Source of the DNA: an uncultured Clostridia bacterium
GTDB taxonomy: Bacteria; Bacillota; Clostridia; Christensenellales; Borkfalkiaceae
Reading direction: 5' to 3'
Assembly: GCA_947624215.1 (NCBI GenBank)
Contig: CANQJJ010000006.1
Span: forward strand, 3,754 to 67,753
DNA: 64,000 bases
The stretch's first letter is position 1, and every line of letters begins with the position of its first letter. This document shows, piece by piece, positions 61,201 through 64,000 of the stretch. Below the pieces are notes generated by a model. It saw nothing but the letters and a program-made list of their open reading frames with translations. It was not told the origin of the DNA and searched no databases. Made by a program: the position numbers and the translations under genes.

Positions 61201-64000
61201 GGCGCCGCATCGTATCCGTTCCCGTTCGCGGGCCCGAAGAAGGCGTCCTGGTTGATGAACTTGACGTTTTCGAGGCCGACGACGTCGGTGAGGGCGGTAC
61301 AGCCGTAGAAGGCGCCCATGCCGATCTTGTTGAGGGTGGTGGGAAGTACGACGCGTTTGAGGCCTGTCATGCCCGCGAAGGCATAGTTGCCGATGACCTC
61401 GACGCCCTCGGGGATGACCACCTCTTCGACGTCTTGGTTCTCGCCGTAATACCATATCTTGGTGTAGCTCGGGTCTTCCCTGTCGATGACGTCGCCCGCC
61501 GCGGTATCCTTGGCGATATAGTCATAGCCCGAGAAGGCGAACTGGTAGATCTCGGTGAAGCCGAGCTCCTGCGGGATGACGACGGCGTGTTCGTGCACAT
61601 TGCCGTCCGCGTCGGTATACGACGACATGCCGCCGCCGCGGTAGGCGGTCAGATAGGGACCGTTGCGCTCGTAGGGATCCTTGACGGTGACGGAGATCGT
61701 CCTGTCGTACAGCGTGCCGGACTCGTTGCCCTCTTCATCCACCGTTACGACGCGCACCGTCACGGACGTGATGCCCTGTGCCACTGCGGTGATCTGCCCT
61801 TTGTCGTTGACCGTGACGAAGTTCTCGTTGCCGCTCTCATAGACGACTTTGGTCGTGGCGGGGTCGTAGGCGATGAGCTCGTGCAGGACGGTGACTTGCT
61901 CGGACGGGAACATGGAGAGCGCATAGCTCGTCGCATTGGCCGAGAAGTCCGTCGTGCTGTCGGTAAGGCCGATCTCACGGTCGGAATTGGAGAGCATGTA
62001 GAATGCGTGGTCTGCCCTGTATCCCGTCAGGCGGAAGACGTCGACCACGGGCTTGGTATACTCCTCGTAGCCCTCTTCGCCCTCGCCGAGCACCTTGACG
62101 GTGAGCTCTGCCTTGACGTTGGGATCCGTCGCGCTCGTCGCAACGACCGTAGTCGTGCCCTGCGCGATCGCGAGCAACTTGCCGTTCACGATGCGCACGA
62201 CGTCTTCGTTGTCGCTCGTGTAGAGAAGGGTCTCGCGCCACGAGGTGCTGCCGTAGGGAACGGACTCCGCGGAGGGATACAGCACGGGCTCGAGCACATA
62301 GGTCTCGTTGGGGCTCAGCGTGACACCGAACTCTCCCTCGCCGAGGGGGGTGCCGTCTTCATGGTCCATCTCCTTGAAGTAGAGGGCCTTGACGGTGTCG
62401 GGGATGTGGATCTCGAAGGCGCCCGCGTTCATCGCATAGTCGTAGAGCACGACGCAGAAGGTGTTGGGCTCGAGAGAATCTTTGAGACTTTCGAGATTAT
62501 CGGTGAGCTCCACGACGAGCTCGCTGGTCGCATTGAAGCTCGAATAGACGGGAGTGAGGTAGCTGTCGAAGTAGTTCATGGAGATCTCATACTCCGAGCC
62601 GGGCTCCGCATGGACGAGCTGGCCGATGTTGGCCGCCATCGTATAATGATTGTCGTATACATACAGGCGCGCGAAGAGCCTGTTCTTCTTGGTGGTGGTG
62701 TCGTATTCGGTGTAGAACTGCGCGTCCGTGATGACGGGCGCCTCGAAGTCCGTCACGAACGGGAACTCGAAGACAGATTTCTTGTTGTTCTGTTCGCCCG
62801 GGAAATCGAGGTATGCCTCTGCGCGGAAGAGATACTGCGTGTTGTTTTTGAGGTCGTAGTCGGTGACGTGGAAGTCTACGTCGATGATGCCGGGATACGC
62901 GGATCCGCCGTTGTTGAACGACTTGCGCTGGTTCCATCCCGTCTTGGACCAGATGACCTCGCCCGTGACGGAATCGGTGATGCTCATCTCGACGCGCTTT
63001 GCACTGCGCAACATGCCCGCATAGAGGGAGTCGATCTCATTGACGCCGCCCGCCTCCCCTTCCTGGTTGGTGAGAGAGATGTGCTCGCGTGCAGCGGCGA
63101 TGGGCGTGGCCGAGGGGTTCTGCATGAAGTAGTAGGAGCCGAGGGCGCTGTTGTAGTCGAGGAACATGCGGCCGATGGGGATGGTCGCAAAGATGTCGGG
63201 CAACGTCCTGTCGAGCGGGTTGAGGATGGCGTCGTTGAGCTCGTCCTTGTCGGTGTCGAAGTAGTCGAGGTCGAAGATGGGAGCTTCCGTCCAGTCGCCG
63301 TAGTAGGCGAGGTAAGGGACGTTGAGGTCGACGCCGCCCTCCTGCTGCGATTTGAGGGTGATGTAGCCCTCGATGTACATGCCGTTTTCGAAGACGCCGA
63401 GCGCATTGCCCGCGGCGTCCTTTCTCTCGGACATCTGCTCGAGGTAGGCCTTGTCGCGCTCGCCGAGCTTGATGGTGACGAGGACGGTCGCCTTCCCCTT
63501 TCCGTTTACGGTGACGACGGTGCCGTTGTTGGTGCCGCCCGTGACGCTGTCGACGGTGAAGGCGGCGTCGTCGAGCATGTAGCCCTCCTGCGTGACCGTT
63601 TGGTCGCCCTTATAGGTCTTGGTCACGCTGATGCCTTCCGTCATGACGATGGCGCCCACGTTGTAGGAGACGGCCGCGTCGGAGATGTTGTTGAGGTCGA
63701 ATTTGAGCTGGTAGACGCCCGTCCTGTCCTTGTCGTCGCCGTATTCGATCTTGGCCTTATCGATCACCTCATCGGTGAAGCGGACGGGGTTGTTCTCGGC
63801 CACGGCGTTGTCGTCGCGGGCATAGGTGCTGATGTACGCGGGCGTCGTGGTGGCCTTGATGACGTTGGCGAGCCCCGCGCCCTGCTTGCGCACGGAATAG
63901 GGCAGGTTGTTGATGTTTCTCGCGATGTCCGTGGTGGACATCATGATCTGGTTGGTGTAGTAAAGCTGCTCGACGCGGGTGGCATTCGGGAATGTCTCCT
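58233..64000 (-). CDS. Giant cell-envelope subtilase (S8, C5a-peptidase/lactocepin-like) with Big_2-like modules, BspA-type LRR arrays and a C-terminal TM anchor; 5' end outside the window
   Basis: The reading frame stays open upstream of the listed Met to position 64000 (…ETFPNATRVEQLYYTNQIMMSTTDIARN…). RKQGAGLANVIKA is the end of a subtilase catalytic domain. LNVPYLAYYGDWTEAPIFD is the hallmark of the Fn3-like domain that follows it in C5a peptidase-type enzymes. C-terminal TM segment LVITLSVLVGVFGAAAIVGFVLLFV plus an acidic tail. Confidence 0.8.
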   Translation of the reverse strand, partial: ETFPNATRVEQLYYTNQIMMSTTDIARNINNLPYSVRKQGAGLANVIKATTTPAYISTYARDDNAVAENNPVRFTDEVIDKAKIEYGDDKDRTGVYQLKFDLNNISDAAVSYNVGAIVMTEGISVTKTYKGDQTVTQEGYMLDDAAFTVDSVTGGTNNGTVVTVNGKGKATVLVTIKLGERDKAYLEQMSERKDAAGNALGVFENGMYIEGYITLKSQQEGGVDLNVPYLAYYGDWTEAPIFDLDYFDTDKDELNDAILNPLDRTLPDIFATIPIGRMFLDYNSALGSYYFMQNPSATPIAAAREHISLTNQEGEAGGVNEIDSLYAGMLRSAKRVEMSITDSVTGEVIWSKTGWNQRKSFNNGGSAYPGIIDVDFHVTDYDLKNNTQYLFRAEAYLDFPGEQNNKKSVFEFPFVTDFEAPVITDAQFYTEYDTTTKKNRLFARLYVYDNHYTMAANIGQLVHAEPGSEYEISMNYFDSYLTPVYSSFNATSELVVELTDNLESLKDSLEPNTFCVVLYDYAMNAGAFEIHIPDTVKALYFKEMDHEDGTPLGEGEFGVTLSPNETYVLEPVLYPSAESVPYGSTSWRETLLYTSDNEDVVRIVNGKLLAIAQGTTTVVATSATDPNVKAELTVKVLGEGEEGYEEYTKPVVDVFRLTGYRADHAFYMLSNSDREIGLTDSTTDFSANATSYALSMFPSEQVTVLHELIAYDPATTKVVYESGNENFVTVNDKGQITAVAQGITSVTVRVVTVDEEGNESGTLYDRTISVTVKDPYERNGPYLTAYRGGGMSSYTDADGNVHEHAVVIPQELGFTEIYQFAFSGYDYIAKDTAAGDVIDREDPSYTKIWYYGENQDVEEVVIPEGVEVIGNYAFAGMTGLKRVVLPTTLNKIGMGAFYGCTALTDVVGLENVKFINQDAFFGPANGNGYDAAPLTNVGQNSFSKVIAIGDQAFRATKLRNIILPASAQSIGASAFANSELITVEIRASKIKLGPSAFAGCTYLVGMTVNASVIPDDTFNGCTNFKTVTLGKDVESIGPAAFAGTGVSAFTVSSENPNFEALTEKSYLVAKGGEKLVYVAPNANTAFSLSTVKVDGKDVQVTEIGAGAFSSFTAVKTVTMPNVTRVGDNAFYGCTALNSVSLGELESIGSYAFASTSIRELPKFAATLDTIGSYAFAGTALKTINIEGKGDETFTIGEGAFYGTTATSVTLGNNIIVGSEAFESVIAIERIAMRSYRVDETTSYTQYYTHIISPETLTSVTIGNNVEIGPYAFSFNTVLQNLTVGENSVIGDGAFYGCSDFEAILDSQGNVTNYRFISLTADLSKVKSVGAEAFSGPASTVLIVYNDGEERELGALGWYQAPQIMNVDLSSAETLGQSAFAYNRILGDSQNDVTGSLTLGDKLTEIPAFAFAYSSVSTLDLKNVTKVGEAAFLAALLGEADLSKLDEIGALAFAGTWFTEVTLKEGVTLGDGAFYLADDLATVHGLDKVATIGASAFASTKLAGDISLAATEIGDFAFMSTGITSVTFTGKLGKLGENPFAGCPLKPFSLTEEEKFHGQTVGTNTVFDFVINEEAGIEVIGGVLYKGTPAGRVLVTYPMTADTREFVVADNTVRISAYAFRGSNVFAVTLPSTLRAIGDKAFYECNNLNIVTFQSLDAPILEEQYDESYAELTQTDENGREIVDGEGRYVTHFPSQPAAGTFRDGVAFTDLGILKFPSMSFDPPNFFFGANFVGYIGRWEGDLVMVRPSNGVGYDSFIYGQYFSSTLDGAPAADQTTLTAIAAIEALPDAITLDHEAQVAEARRLYDLIVSDEQRGIVFNGGWYNKLTSAENTIDFLKAQQGGEVPPNPPATDGEKPDALVITLSVLVGVFGAAAIVGFVLLFVTRRKIAKANKDETGEGQEDQNGQDGQDGPDSPDDSISE

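Noticed and set aside
1-64000. Search for transposases, integrases, phage genes, tRNA/rRNA genes and cas genes
   Set aside because: No ORF translation showed DDE, tyrosine- or serine-recombinase, capsid or terminase motifs. No tRNA-like or rRNA-like sequence was recognised by eye. A formal tRNAscan/Infernal run would still be needed to exclude small RNAs.

Overview
High-GC bacterial chromosome segment. It looks like a Bacillota/Clostridia-type organism: AGGAGG ribosome-binding sites, consensus sigmaA promoters, a DUF1292 gene, many lipobox lipoproteins, and BspA-type LRR plus Listeria/Bacteroides 'B-repeat' surface proteins. Almost every gene is on the minus strand, arranged in a few very long operon-like runs. 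(1) 146-2646: an uncharacterised gene with an OB-like N-terminus and a C-terminal HTH, followed by two tandem DUF488 genes. Its consensus promoter is directly preceded by eight tandem 17-bp repeats. (2) 3161-30045: a ~27-kb run with one visible consensus promoter. It encodes a 3239-aa LRR lipoprotein, a membrane protein, a MoxR ATPase, DUF58, two BatA/VWA proteins, a 998-aa LRR protein, a 1672-aa lipoprotein and an orphan cytoplasmic protein. (3) DUF1292 plus a short soluble FtsK-like translocase. (4) A complete V/A-type ATPase operon, G-I-K-E-C-F-A-B-D, whose proteolipid carries a Na+-site signature. (5) A 1201-aa lipoprotein. (6) The only plus-strand genes: a cytoplasmic Zn-ribbon/TIR/coiled-coil/LRR protein co-transcribed with a divergent DprA/SLOG-family protein. 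This pair is my best candidate for a previously undescribed, immune-type system. (7) 48788-64000: a subtilase-type cell-envelope protease (5' end outside the window), a lipoprotein and an atypically expanded Opp-like peptide ABC transporter. I found no rRNA, tRNA, CRISPR array, transposase or integrase. Intergenic regions hold several GC-rich palindromic repeat families, plus a short motif (CGGACATGG) that recurs far more often than chance. All domain calls come from reading the translations by eye. No database search was run.
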